Virus record (IMG/VR): IMGVR_UViG_3300042505_001288
Direction: 5' to 3' (one strand)
Length of the DNA stretch: 64,000 bases
DNA from: an uncultured virus (IMG/VR IMGVR_UViG_3300042505_001288)
Taxonomy: Duplodnaviria > Heunggongvirae > Uroviricota > Caudoviricetes
Every line of letters starts with the position of its first letter. The first letter of the stretch is position 1. The translations under genes and the position numbers were made by a program. The notes under the pieces are model-generated. The model ran no database searches and had not been told where the DNA came from. It was given only the letters and a program-made list of their open reading frames with translations. Shown here in pieces: positions 1 to 11,700 of the stretch.

Positions 1-2796
1 ATCACTTCCGTTACCACTTGTCCCATTATTTCGAATAACGCCGCCACCCTGTCCACCGCCAACATTGGTACCGTCAAAATACCCGCCACCGCCGCCACCG
101 CCGCCACCGCCGTCATCACCATGGCCTTTAGGTCCGCCTAATAATCGAACTCCACCACCACCAGTTGATCCAATACCAGAATAACCGCCGCCGTATTGCG
201 GGGTGCTGTAATTACCACCACCACCGCCTCCGCCACCTCCGCCACCTGCTACTATAACAACGATACCATTTACAGTTATACCGGATGCACCGCCGCCACC
301 GCCTCCTGATCCAGAAGTACCATCAGCACCACCATTGCCGCTGTTGCCGCCAGACCCAAGTGAAGAATACCCACCAGCGGCTGAACCCGTGTCTCGTACG
401 TCACTAACACCATGATTACCACCAGCACCAATAATAATGGATATTATGTCACCTGGGTTAACTGGATATCCTGTACCTGATACGACATTTCCACCGCGCC
501 CAGCAAGCCCGGCATAGCTATCAGCACCACCACCACCACCACCAGCGCCATTAACTGTTACATTAATTGCGTATACATATGCTGGAACAGTCCAATTGTC
601 ATCGTTGGTCCAAGTATTTGAATATGGCGTTACACTATAAGTTATAGTTTTTGTAGCAGTTCTGCTATCACTAAAATGAAATGTATATATAAATGTCCCT
701 GGTGTCGTAGGTATGAAAGTATTGGTATGGCTGCCATACTGATCTAATGTAAGAGTAGCAGTAGTATTATTATATTGATCAGTAACGTAATATGTTCCGT
801 TGATAGGGCCATTGGCAACTAATACTGATTGAGTGGTGCCTACTACTCCGGTATTCTCCCCGGTAATCGTAATATCTTTATAGTTCACAGTAACATTTTT
901 AGTCACGGTGGTTCCATTATCAAATATAAATTTAAGAGTGTGAGCCCCTGATTTTGGGTAGAATGATATATCTCCATAGCCAGTAGTAGAAGAATATCCA
1001 CCAGAAGAATTTAAGTATAATTTTGCACCAGCTGACACCGGATATCTTCCCTTATTAGTTGGTGCAGTATCTTTCCAAAATTCCATATACCATCCATTAT
1101 TAGCAACCCCATCTGAAATACTAAATGCTGTAAAGTCTAATACATAGGTGGTTGTCGGAACTGTTACTACTGGAATAGTGATAGAAGTATCATTAACTGT
1201 AATTGAGTCACTTTCAGCAATTGCTGAACCATTTGAAGTAGCCCGTAGCTGAAGTTTGAAATTCTCTGACCCTTCCGAGAGTTGATCTAATGATAAAGTT
1301 GCAGTAATAATCTTAGTAAAATACTTATCACCATATGTATCAGTCACTAATGAAACGATGATTGGGTTATTATTATAATACCCATTTGTAAAATCTGCAG
1401 ATATAACCGTACCACTGGTTGTTAGATAATAGGTTGTGTTAGATGATAGCACCGCGTTTCCACTAATAGTAAATGTAACAATTCCACCCTCATCAACACT
1501 TGATTTATCCGCAGAGATAGAAAATGATTCAGATGTTATGGAAGTATCGTTAACCATTATTTCTGGACTGGTTGCAACTAACGTTCCAGGCGATGAACCT
1601 CTTCTCAATTCAAGTTTAAATTTTTCAACTCCTTCTGATCTTAAATCTGCTCTAACTATACTAGTATCGGCATATATAAAATTTTTATCTAAGTTTTCAC
1701 TTGTTATCAATGATACTGTAATAGGGGTACTATTGAAATAATCACCGGTGCCGAAATCGGTAGAATCTACTGTACCGGTAGTTGTTAGTGTTGTTAAATA
1801 GTATGTAGTTTCTAATGGTGGGACTGCTTGTCCTGAAATAGTTATGTCAAATGAACTGCCTTCATTTACATTTGTTGAATTTATACCAATAGCATATACT
1901 GATACAACTTCACCACCACTGAACGTGCCAGTCGCTGATGGACCAGCTACTGTTACGTAATTACCACTCGCTCTATATGTTTTTACTAGTGATACCAACG
2001 TACCATCAACATTAATATCACTAGTTCCAGTACCGTCCGCGTCAATAAAAGAAATTGTTAATATAATCGTTGTACTTGATGTTGTGGATATTTTAGCTCT
2101 AATGTTATATGAATTGCTTGTTAATCCTTCCGACGGAGATTTAGTAAATATCAAAGAATCGGTAGTAGTTAACTCACTAGCTCCTATCACAGACGTTAAA
2201 ACAGGGGTTGAACCAGTAATCTGATACGAATTATACATTCCAATTCGTATTGTACCAACCGCTGAGAGCAAAGAAGTCCATGAAGTATTTTTCGCCGTTG
2301 TTGAACCATTGGTTCTACTTGCAGATATATCAATACAACTTCCAGAATTGAAGAAATATCGCATTTCTGCCGCATTTGTAAATGTTATTGTTACAGTGTG
2401 AGTTAGGGTTGAATTCCATGATGTAAGGTTTGTACCAGTAACCAATATATCTTGTGTTGCCTGATTTAATGGTGGTATTATATACCTGTTAGTTTCACAT
2501 GATGTAGCCATATCTAAATATGATTGTCTATCGGCATCAGTGATTATAGTATCTACCGTTGGGTTTGTTAATACTTCAGTTTCAGTTGCGCCAGTTTGGT
2601 GAATTTTAGCTTTTAAAATATCTGTTCTCAAATTTGACCATTGATTGCTAGATATTTTAGCCCCTAATGATATTTGCGAGCTAAGAACAGTCTGTCCATA
2701 TCCATAATCATTAGACCCAACTCCTAATACATTAGAAATTTTTGACTGTATATCATTATAATGAATACTTTTAATTAATTTATATTGTTCTGACAT
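1..2796 (-). CDS. Tail fibre/receptor-binding-type virion protein, 3' end truncated by the window (>=932 aa); two Calx-beta/Ig-like repeats and a Gly-rich C-terminal region
   Basis: Not in the ORF track. ATG at 2796 follows an AAGGAAA SD. Reads MSEQYKLIKSIHYNDIQSKISNVLGVG..., and the same frame reads ...GTSGNGSD at base 1. Repeated EG-(x)n-EGxExF-(x)n-VNDTS units at ~1185-1880; GGGGG runs at 1-560. Confidence 0.8.
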   Translation of the reverse strand, partial: MSEQYKLIKSIHYNDIQSKISNVLGVGSNDYGYGQTVLSSQISLGAKISSNQWSNLRTDILKAKIHQTGATETEVLTNPTVDTIITDADRQSYLDMATSCETNRYIIPPLNQATQDILVTGTNLTSWNSTLTHTVTITFTNAAEMRYFFNSGSCIDISASRTNGSTTAKNTSWTSLLSAVGTIRIGMYNSYQITGSTPVLTSVIGASELTTTDSLIFTKSPSEGLTSNSYNIRAKISTTSSTTIILTISFIDADGTGTSDINVDGTLVSLVKTYRASGNYVTVAGPSATGTFSGGEVVSVYAIGINSTNVNEGSSFDITISGQAVPPLETTYYLTTLTTTGTVDSTDFGTGDYFNSTPITVSLITSENLDKNFIYADTSIVRADLRSEGVEKFKLELRRGSSPGTLVATSPEIMVNDTSITSESFSISADKSSVDEGGIVTFTISGNAVLSSNTTYYLTTSGTVISADFTNGYYNNNPIIVSLVTDTYGDKYFTKIITATLSLDQLSEGSENFKLQLRATSNGSAIAESDSITVNDTSITIPVVTVPTTTYVLDFTAFSISDGVANNGWYMEFWKDTAPTNKGRYPVSAGAKLYLNSSGGYSSTTGYGDISFYPKSGAHTLKFIFDNGTTVTKNVTVNYKDITITGENTGVVGTTQSVLVANGPINGTYYVTDQYNNTTATLTLDQYGSHTNTFIPTTPGTFIYTFHFSDSRTATKTITYSVTPYSNTWTNDDNWTVPAYVYAINVTVNGAGGGGGGADSYAGLAGRGGNVVSGTGYPVNPGDIISIIIGAGGNHGVSDVRDTGSAAGGYSSLGSGGNSGNGGADGTSGSGGGGGGASGITVNGIVVIVAGGGGGGGGGGGNYSTPQYGGGYSGIGSTGGGGVRLLGGPKGHGDDGGGGGGGGGGYFDGTNVGGGQGGGVIRNNGTSGNGSD

Positions 2797-2805
2797 AAAT
2801 TTCCT

Positions 2806-4332
2806 TTATAAAATTACTGCTTCAATTATTTTGACACCAGAATCATTACTACTTTCCAATGCTATAGCAAATATATCAATTGCATATGAGCTTGCGACCG
2901 CAGTTCCATTTTCACCTGCAACTAATCGGTCACCTTTTGTAATTGGACCCGATACTTTGACTGGTACTCTGCCTTTCAATGCAATATATATACCACCTTC
3001 CAAATGACTATTCATCATATACGCTGGATTTTCTGATATAGTACCCAATGCTCTATTTCCTGGTTGGCAGGCAGTAACTTCTTTTTCACCACCAACCATA
3101 ACAACTGTACCAACTTCATAATTTCTATCAGCCAAATATTTCTCAGCCAAATCAGCATAATATGCAGAAGTTGCAGTACCTACAAAATAAGTTGCTTTAA
3201 TTGATCCAGCAGTAGTTGCAACACCATTAATTGTTTCATTTACACTGGTTCTTGCCACAATTGTACTAGCAGCAACATCGATGCTTGCAGTTCTATATGT
3301 TCCGCCAACCGATAGTGCATCCGCTTGATCGGAAGTACCTTTAAATAAAGTTGCATATACTTTATTAAATCTATTAGTAGAAGTTCCGATAGTAGATACA
3401 TTATCCTCTCCAGGTAATACATCAATCCCAACTATTTTTAATGGGGTTTTTGTAGAATTATTAACCGTTGTTTTAAAAATAATTTGATCACTAACTTTAT
3501 TATGAATGATTGGGATTAGTGTGCCACCGCTAGTTTGTGCTTCATTATAAATCCATAATCTATAATCAGGTGAACTTCCACCAACAGTCAACCCAGCTTC
3601 AGAAAAATGCACCTGTGAAGTAAATGATGCATTATTTGACAATGCAAAATCTGATGGTAGATGACCACCCAATCTATCAGCATTAGTAGCAGTACCCCAG
3701 AATCTATGATCAGTGATCGTTTGACCTGGTTGTAAATCATCATTTGTATTTCTTAATGTAATACCTTTTTGGATTTTGGTGAAACCAGCAATAGGATTGA
3801 GCATGTCATCTAATGTAAATACAGAATCACGACTAATAATGAATATTGTTTCTCCATTTACAATACCTTGGATAATAGCATGGCTTGTATGGTCTTGGGA
3901 GGCATCTCTAACATTTTTAGAAAGCATTTCAGTGGTTTGTGTACCAGCAGCTTGTGGCCCTATAAGTACGAATTGTTCACCATCCCAAGTATTAAGTTGA
4001 TTTTGTGATGTATCAAACCACATATCACCAACTGTCAAGCCAGCTGGTGCACTATCACCGATCTCAGCACCACCAGTTGTGCGCCATTTAGAACTATCAA
4101 AGAATTTTAATTTACTAGTTCCACTGTCAAACCATATTTGACCTTTAACCGCTTTTGCTGGTGGATAAGGGTGTGAAAAATTTTCCAATAAAAATACAAA
4201 ATTTTCATTCTGTGCTTCACCATATCCGGCATAATTCTTACCGATTAATTTAATATCTAGAGTCGTATCGATAGTCCCATCCGCTACTACTGCTATTTGA
4301 TCCCCATTTGTATTATTGATGATATATGACAT
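2806..4332 (-). CDS. Fibre/baseplate protein with a C-terminal intramolecular-chaperone/peptidase G2-like domain
   Basis: N-terminal GKNYAGYGE..ENFVFLLENF..GQIWFD motif shared with the next two genes; C-terminal ATSAYYADLAEKY...ALKGRVPVKV. Confidence 0.7.
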   Translation of the reverse strand: MSYIINNTNGDQIAVVADGTIDTTLDIKLIGKNYAGYGEAQNENFVFLLENFSHPYPPAKAVKGQIWFDSGTSKLKFFDSSKWRTTGGAEIGDSAPAGLTVGDMWFDTSQNQLNTWDGEQFVLIGPQAAGTQTTEMLSKNVRDASQDHTSHAIIQGIVNGETIFIISRDSVFTLDDMLNPIAGFTKIQKGITLRNTNDDLQPGQTITDHRFWGTATNADRLGGHLPSDFALSNNASFTSQVHFSEAGLTVGGSSPDYRLWIYNEAQTSGGTLIPIIHNKVSDQIIFKTTVNNSTKTPLKIVGIDVLPGEDNVSTIGTSTNRFNKVYATLFKGTSDQADALSVGGTYRTASIDVAASTIVARTSVNETINGVATTAGSIKATYFVGTATSAYYADLAEKYLADRNYEVGTVVMVGGEKEVTACQPGNRALGTISENPAYMMNSHLEGGIYIALKGRVPVKVSGPITKGDRLVAGENGTAVASSYAIDIFAIALESSNDSGVKIIEAVIL

Positions 4333-4368
4333 CGTATTTAATTCCTTATGATAGTATATTTATTCTTA

Positions 4369-5922
4369 CTATAAGTTATTTTGAAATTCCCATACACCGG
4401 AACTACTTAATTTAAATAATCGTATAGATATATTATCCGGTTCATTACAAACCACTCTACATAATGTATTAGTAGAATAATCAGAAGATGGGAATACAAT
4501 TGACAAGTAATTTGTTGCAATACTTATATTACTAAGATTTGCAGTATTTAATGAAAGCCCAAGTGGTCTACTTTTAACTGTTGAATTTAATTTATTCAAA
4601 TTAACAGCATCAGTCCCGGCTGTTGCAGACGCAACATTAATTATTTTTGAACTACTTACATTTACTGTACCAGATCCTTTTGGAGTTAATACTATATCTC
4701 CATTTGTTTGACTTTCATTTACATAACTAATGGTAGAATCATTGATATTTATCGAATCAACCTGAAGAGAAACTAATGAACCAACACTAGTTAAACTTGA
4801 ACTTACAACTGTTGTCCCCAATGTTGTTGAATTTAATACACTAGTTCCATTAATTTTATAACCATTACCAGTTGTTACATTAATACTTTTATCTGAAAGT
4901 AAACTAGTTGAACTATTATCCCAGTTTAAAGTAATATTAGATTCTGGTCCTATTTTAAGTGCTGAAGTTGTTGTTATATTTCCTGATGATTTAACATCAC
5001 CAGTAATATCTAATGTAGACGATGGGTTATTATTAAAAATCCCAATTTTTTCAGATGCAGCATTTATTGTTATTGCTGGTTTTATACCACCACCGTTAAG
5101 AATATTAATCTTGAAATCTTGATTTGTTGCATTAGAATTTATACTAAACAGATCTGGCCTCACTTGTATCTCATTGCTACTATTTTGACCTAATACTAAT
5201 GGCTTATTATTTAATATTGTCATAATACCATAAAAGATATTATCATCATTCTTATTTACAAAAGAAGATGCAGTTAGCAAACTGCCATCAGCTGGGTTAA
5301 CCAATGCATCTGCCGAGGTTGCTCTAGTATGGAATTTTATCCCTGAGTAATTACCTGTATTAAATCCTACTTCTACATTTCCTGTAAAACCAGCGATTGG
5401 TGATTTTGGAACAAATGAGTCTTTACTGAATAACCCAATCAATACACGTCCCACATATACTAATACTATAGTATGTATATTATTACTAATATCTAAAACA
5501 TCAATAGTTTGACAACCTGAAATTCCTTGTTGATATGAATAGCCCGGACCAGCTAAAATAGTAGACACCCCATCATTGAAGTATAATTGTTGTCTATATG
5601 AATCAACCCATAAATCACCAGATGATATAGAACTGGGTACAATATTTGATACAATAGTTCCACCGCTTACTTTAAACAACGTGCCATCATATATTTTCAA
5701 TCGCCCTTCACTTGTATCATACCATAATTGCCCAGTAATCGGATTATTTGGAGCAGATGTATTAGCAAAATTTTCTAATAAATATACCAAATTTTCATTA
5801 AAAAATTCACCATACGAGCTGGAGTTTTTTCCAAGTAGTGTTAAATCAGTAGCATGATCAACAGTCCCATCTACAATTTCTGTTAATCTAGATCCATCAG
5901 TTTTGTTTATAATATAGCTCAT
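4369..5922 (-). CDS. Fibre/baseplate protein (paralogue of its neighbours)
   Basis: Same N-terminal GKN..YGE..ENLVYLLENFA..GQLWYD module; beta-rich fibre-like body; TAATG overlap with the upstream gene. Confidence 0.7.
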   Translation of the reverse strand: MSYIINKTDGSRLTEIVDGTVDHATDLTLLGKNSSSYGEFFNENLVYLLENFANTSAPNNPITGQLWYDTSEGRLKIYDGTLFKVSGGTIVSNIVPSSISSGDLWVDSYRQQLYFNDGVSTILAGPGYSYQQGISGCQTIDVLDISNNIHTIVLVYVGRVLIGLFSKDSFVPKSPIAGFTGNVEVGFNTGNYSGIKFHTRATSADALVNPADGSLLTASSFVNKNDDNIFYGIMTILNNKPLVLGQNSSNEIQVRPDLFSINSNATNQDFKINILNGGGIKPAITINAASEKIGIFNNNPSSTLDITGDVKSSGNITTTSALKIGPESNITLNWDNSSTSLLSDKSINVTTGNGYKINGTSVLNSTTLGTTVVSSSLTSVGSLVSLQVDSININDSTISYVNESQTNGDIVLTPKGSGTVNVSSSKIINVASATAGTDAVNLNKLNSTVKSRPLGLSLNTANLSNISIATNYLSIVFPSSDYSTNTLCRVVCNEPDNISIRLFKLSSSGVWEFQNNL

Positions 5923-8060
5923 TATAGTACACCAGTAAAAATTATATAATTAATTGTTAAGTATGGATTCATCACTGAAAACGGTTGTCCCAAACTTGTA
6001 TTAGGCGGAGTTAATACACCACCACTATTTGATAATGCATTTCCAGTACTAGAATTTGGCATTCCCCTTGCAGGAGTTACACCGTCACTATCATCATATT
6101 CAGCATTAGGCAATCCAACTGCATAATACTGTTGTGATTTAGTTGGTGAATCAGATTTCAAATCATGTTTATGATCTGGTATATTATTAAAAACCAATGA
6201 TTTATTTTCTGAACCAGAGTTATATCCAATAACATCAGCAGATAAATCTGTTACTCTATTGGCGGAACCACCTCCTGCATCAACTAATATGTTAGGATCT
6301 GCTTTGCTTGGTACCGTCGTATTATTATCCATATTATCACGACCAAGCGCAAATCGCCCACGTAGATCAGGTAATGAAAATGTACCAGCACCATCTAATG
6401 CATCAACACCTTTATATGTATATCCAATTAAATTATATAAATCTGTATAATCTCTGATTAAAACCTCACTTCCATCACATAACAAGTATCCAGTCGGGGC
6501 TGCTTGTCCAGCATATGGCAATATTGTGCCAATTGGTACTGTAGCTACATTCGAGAATATTGCAGCTTTTGATATTTTTTTAAGACCAATGTTTGCAACA
6601 GATGATCTATAAATTAAAAAATCATCAGTATCGATTGAAGTAGTTATGCGGCTTTTAGATGTTATTAAATCTTGAGAAATAACAGTATTAAATGTTGCAG
6701 GGCCAGACCTACCATCAAAATCAACAATGTTGGTATTAACAACATCACCAGTCATACTAAATCTAGTAGGACTTGCTAATTGTGCTGCTTTACCTGTTAT
6801 ATCACCAGTTAATGTACCAGTAATATTACCGTTCAAATCACCAATAAATTGATTTGCATATACATATCTAAATTTTTTGATTGATGAACCAATATCATAA
6901 CTTATTGTATCAGATGGTAGTATTACACTTGTATTAACTGGTAAACCAGTATTATCCAAATTACTTAGATACAATTTACCTTGTATCGTTACATCTTTAC
7001 TAAAAGTAGAGTTGTTAGCTACTAATATTCCACCAGAATTAACGATGATTCCATACCCAGTTGAATCCTTTGTACCATTAGTTATCAATGCACCACTAGT
7101 GGTTATATTTCCAAAGACATCTAATACTTCTGATGGGTTTATATTATTTGTGCCTATCCCAACTTTAGTAGCATCCATATGAACAATAGATGCAGTGTTA
7201 TTAACACTAAAATCAATTGTTTTTCCGCTTGATTTTATCATAGCAGAATTAGAAGAAGTTGTTATACTAAATAATAAATCACTTCCTATTTTAATACCAT
7301 TATCAGATCTAATACTTAATTGTACATTAGATGGTACTGTTACATCTGTTCTCAAAAAATTAGATGAATTTACAGTTTGGCCATTAATTACTAATGAATC
7401 AGCCTTTTCAGCTATTCCCCAAAATCTACTTGGCGTATTAGTGATGGTATTATCAGAATTAATACTACTTATATTAATACCTTCTTTAATTGTATTAAAA
7501 CCAATAATAGTTGTCTTAGGTGTAAATGTTGTTTTACTAATAACAGAAATTCTATTATCTGCTGAATACATCGATATAATACTATGAGAGATATTGTTAA
7601 CATCTACAACAGTTTCATTTATTGGCCCAGTTTTAGAACCTGAACTATACTGAGGGCCTACCAATAGCCATCCAGAACCTGAAAATATATTTAATTGTTG
7701 GTTGGTAGTATCAACCCATATATCACCTGCTATACTCGATTCTTTAGAAGGAGCAGTTGTTGATTTTTTAACTCCACCCGCGATTACCCACCCATTGTTA
7801 GTTCCATCATATACCTTTAATTGATTTATAGATGGAGAATTATCAAACCATAATTGACCTTGTACAGGTTTAGATGGAGGTGATACATTAGCAAAATTTT
7901 CTAACAAATGTAAAAAATTTTCCGCAACATATGGACCATATCCTGAAAAATTTTTCCCAACGAATGTTAAATCAGTTTGTACATTTAATGACTGATCTGC
8001 AACTGTTATTGCTTGTTTAGATGAATTATTTGTTTCGGTAAATGTTACTTGATATGACAT
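5922..8060 (-). CDS. Short-tail-fibre-like protein with a phage tail collar domain
   Basis: PIGTILPYAGQAAPTGYLLCDGSEV...FSLPDLRGRF collar motif; terminal NPYLTINYIIFTG; shared N-terminal module. Confidence 0.8.
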   Translation of the reverse strand: MSYQVTFTETNNSSKQAITVADQSLNVQTDLTFVGKNFSGYGPYVAENFLHLLENFANVSPPSKPVQGQLWFDNSPSINQLKVYDGTNNGWVIAGGVKKSTTAPSKESSIAGDIWVDTTNQQLNIFSGSGWLLVGPQYSSGSKTGPINETVVDVNNISHSIISMYSADNRISVISKTTFTPKTTIIGFNTIKEGINISSINSDNTITNTPSRFWGIAEKADSLVINGQTVNSSNFLRTDVTVPSNVQLSIRSDNGIKIGSDLLFSITTSSNSAMIKSSGKTIDFSVNNTASIVHMDATKVGIGTNNINPSEVLDVFGNITTSGALITNGTKDSTGYGIIVNSGGILVANNSTFSKDVTIQGKLYLSNLDNTGLPVNTSVILPSDTISYDIGSSIKKFRYVYANQFIGDLNGNITGTLTGDITGKAAQLASPTRFSMTGDVVNTNIVDFDGRSGPATFNTVISQDLITSKSRITTSIDTDDFLIYRSSVANIGLKKISKAAIFSNVATVPIGTILPYAGQAAPTGYLLCDGSEVLIRDYTDLYNLIGYTYKGVDALDGAGTFSLPDLRGRFALGRDNMDNNTTVPSKADPNILVDAGGGSANRVTDLSADVIGYNSGSENKSLVFNNIPDHKHDLKSDSPTKSQQYYAVGLPNAEYDDSDGVTPARGMPNSSTGNALSNSGGVLTPPNTSLGQPFSVMNPYLTINYIIFTGVL

Positions 8061-8061
8061 A

Positions 8062-8658
8062 TTAAACTCCTACTAATCCAGTTAAACTTTGAATACGAAC
8101 GGTGTAATCAATCTGAATTAATCTGTTCAACGATTTTTGTACAGGATGGAACATAACATGTGTAAGCAATAATCCACTTGCAGATTTTAATCCAAGTTCA
8201 TCAAATACAAATGCACTTTCATTATTATTTGTGGTGTCATATGCATTTTGTCCATCTGGTTCACCATAATCTAATAAACATGTAACAAATACATCCGTAT
8301 AATTAGTACCCGTCACATGTCGTGTCTCAATTAAGTTTCTGGTTGGGTCTCGATTTGCTGGTGAATTACCATCTACTACTTTAGTATATGTTTCATTATA
8401 TAAACTAGCATTAGATCCGGTGCTGTTTGGTGTTAAATATGTAATAATACCAGTTGGATCAATAGTTGTTCCTCCATTTCCGAATGCCATCGCGTGAATA
8501 ATACCTTGGCCGGTATTAGCAATACTCTGAGCCAAGGCAATACTCATATTTTCATAATGAATTGCATTTGTTTTATCAATGAATACCTCATCAGATGTTG
8601 GATCATATATTTTTATATGTCCTCTAATATGTACCCCTGTCATGTCTTTATTCTGCAT
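8062..8658 (-). CDS. Conserved-looking baseplate/virion structural protein
   Basis: The ORF track starts at 8688, but the late-promoter motif at 8679-8685 and a purine-rich SD favour ATG 8658 (MQNKDMTG...). Lies within the baseplate operon. Confidence 0.6.
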   Translation of the reverse strand: MQNKDMTGVHIRGHIKIYDPTSDEVFIDKTNAIHYENMSIALAQSIANTGQGIIHAMAFGNGGTTIDPTGIITYLTPNSTGSNASLYNETYTKVVDGNSPANRDPTRNLIETRHVTGTNYTDVFVTCLLDYGEPDGQNAYDTTNNNESAFVFDELGLKSASGLLLTHVMFHPVQKSLNRLIQIDYTVRIQSLTGLVGV

Positions 8659-8714
8659 ATTAATCTCTCTTATCCATATATTTATCAAGTATTATTATCT
8701 ACTGGTTTAATCAA

Positions 8715-11700
8715 TTATTTTAACAATGAATACCATATACCTGGTTCTGCTTTTAAAAATGTTGATATTGCATCAGACCCACCATAAACACTACTACTAT
8801 AATTACCAAGTCTATACCCCTGATTTAATAAATCCATATTATACCCATCCCAGTTGATCCCGGAACGTTTGACAATCGTAACTCTAGTACCAGATGATAA
8901 TTCATTAGTCAATCGTATAGTACTTGATGTACCATCAACTGCAAAATCTGCATCAAATTGTATATCACCAGATGGACTATCTTGATTTATATTAACATTA
9001 TGTACTTTATATGGTTGTTTCTTTAGACGTATATTACCAATGAAAAAATCCCATTTTAAAATATCATCATGGAATGATAACCCACTCATATGTGCTTCTT
9101 TACATCTATATGTATAACTACCTATAATCACAATATCATCAATTGCATAATTTACACTAGATACCCACATTGAACTATCATCATAACCACCAATAAATAC
9201 TTCAATATCATCCGCTTGACCATAAGTTGATGGGATGGATGAAATATATCCAGAATCATAAGTCCATGTTGTTAAAGATTTAGTTGGTATAATATCGTCC
9301 AACTCAATTACTTTAGATCCAGTTGATACTATTTGTTTTGTAATTGGTGCTTCTGAATATGGAATAGTTTCACTTGCACCGATATCCTGCACAAATGATC
9401 CGACTTCATGAATGGTAGGAGTACCAGTTCCAAGTGTTCCTCTACGTAACTTGCTAAGAATATTACCGGTAATTTCAAAATATTCAATACGCTCACCTCG
9501 TATTTCAATAATACCAGGTTTATTATTAGTTGGATTTGGTTTATCAAAATTACTTCCATCAACAACTGTAATAATTGTATCATTCCATTTCAATTCATTT
9601 ACAAGTGTAGTTTGTTTTTTCAAACTCAATCGTTTATAATGAGTTCTATTCAACATATCTTTGAATTGCATATATGCTATTGAAGGCAATAATATATTAC
9701 TTCCAAAAGTAATTATTGAAAATTCGTCTGTTGAAATTGAACCATTAACAACTTCAATAGATGATTTATTCTCATTCAACTTGAAATCAACACTAGGTAT
9801 TAATAGTATTCCATTTTTAACAACCCACACATAATTGTCATTAATAACTGGTCTATCCAATGTGATAATTCCACCTAAAATATTATTATATATATAATAT
9901 TCTGGTTCTTCTGATACTAATGTAATATCTAAATTTAAATCAGAACGTTGAATATCTAAATTGGCGTGTTGATATGAATTAATAATCTCAACAGTATTTG
10001 AACTATTATATATTTCTTTAAAATATATTTTTGCTGGTTCAGATGATGTTGCAGGTACATAAGAATAACCCTGGTCACTTATTAAACTAATAACTAATTG
10101 TTCTCCATTATATTTGGTATATGAATCTTTTGTTATTTTTACAGTTATACCACTTAGATCAATTGAATAATCTGCACCTATCGTTAACAATTTACCACCG
10201 GCATATACATTTATTGTATAAACATCATCCTTATATGGTTGTTTGTTTATTTTATTAACAGTATAATTTAATTTGTTGCTTTTTATAGTAAAATAACTAT
10301 TATTTGGTGCTTTTAATATAGCCTGATCAACACGTACAATCATTTTTGCTTCAAGCGGCAGTGAATCACCATAAGTTGTCATTAATGAATATGGCAATGC
10401 TGATGCGCGACCATCAGCCGGGATCTTTTCAATTTTAGAAAATGAAAATGATTGATTTACTCCATTACTTATTATATAATCTATATTTGAATAAACTTCT
10501 GGTGCTTCATCAAATTTAATTGCAATGAAACCATCCTGATTTATCAAAGTATATGATCCTGAAACGCCGTTTATATTAACCAAGGATGATACTGGTTGCA
10601 ACCATGGTGCACATGTTAAAAATTCTTTAGTATTACCATCTCCTATATCATGGCCTATATCCAGTAAATTATTACCACTGTATCCAATTTCGAAAATAGA
10701 TATAAGTGAATCAGCTACCGGTGCTTGACCAAAAACAATTGCATTAGTAATACCATCTATTGAATAATCCACACCAATAGATTTTATAACTGACTGATTA
10801 TTAGTACTTACTTTAACAATGATAGACTTATTGTTAGTACTACCATGTGTTATTGGAAAAGTTTTTACAATACCATCAGCATAGTAATTATCAATGTTTA
10901 TATTAGCTGAACCATTAGATTGCATATCAAATACTTTAATTGCAACAGTATCAACAACTTGTCCTGGTATTACTTCTTCTGGTGCTGGTGATGATGTCGG
11001 TGTAATAAAACCATCCCCATCTATAATAATATCATCAGCAGCCAACCCTCTTGCTGTTGAATATACTAAATCACCACCACTTAATGCAGTATCATAATCA
11101 GCTTCAAGTGGTTTTATAGAACCATCACTTGTTATCTTTCTAAAGATGAATTCATCATTTTCATTAACATCTACTGAATCTGGAATCGTTATTGTTTTAT
11201 GAATCCCATCACCAATAAACGATGACATTACCGCATTACTATTAGTTTGATCAACAGTATTATAATATTGATCATCTATTCTCAATGGATCATCTGTAGA
11301 ATCAGCCGGTTTATGATATACCGTTATTACTACTCCTGTTTCTGGAACATACGGTAAATTAAATTCTCGTGTATCAGCTGCAACATACACAATATAATCA
11401 TCAAATGTTGAATCCATAGTATCCCATTTGTCTGAATAATATGGTGAACTATCCCAACCTCTGCTTACTTCAAATCCAAGACCGCTAACAATAACACCAC
11501 CATAATCAATACCAGTCATCAGTTGAGACAAATCTTTACCTAACTCACCATCACCTGGATTGTAATAATATTGAATTCTGTCGGCAGCATTTAATAATGA
11601 CCAATCTTTTATGTATGTGATTGAAACGATTGCATTATTTGATGGTGCAGTTAAAAATGTTAATGACCCTACATAATTAGTATGACCATTAACAACTGTT

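Noticed and set aside
1..8060. Diversity-generating retroelement acting on fibre tips
   Set aside because: No reverse transcriptase and no TR/VR-like repeat pair seen in this window.
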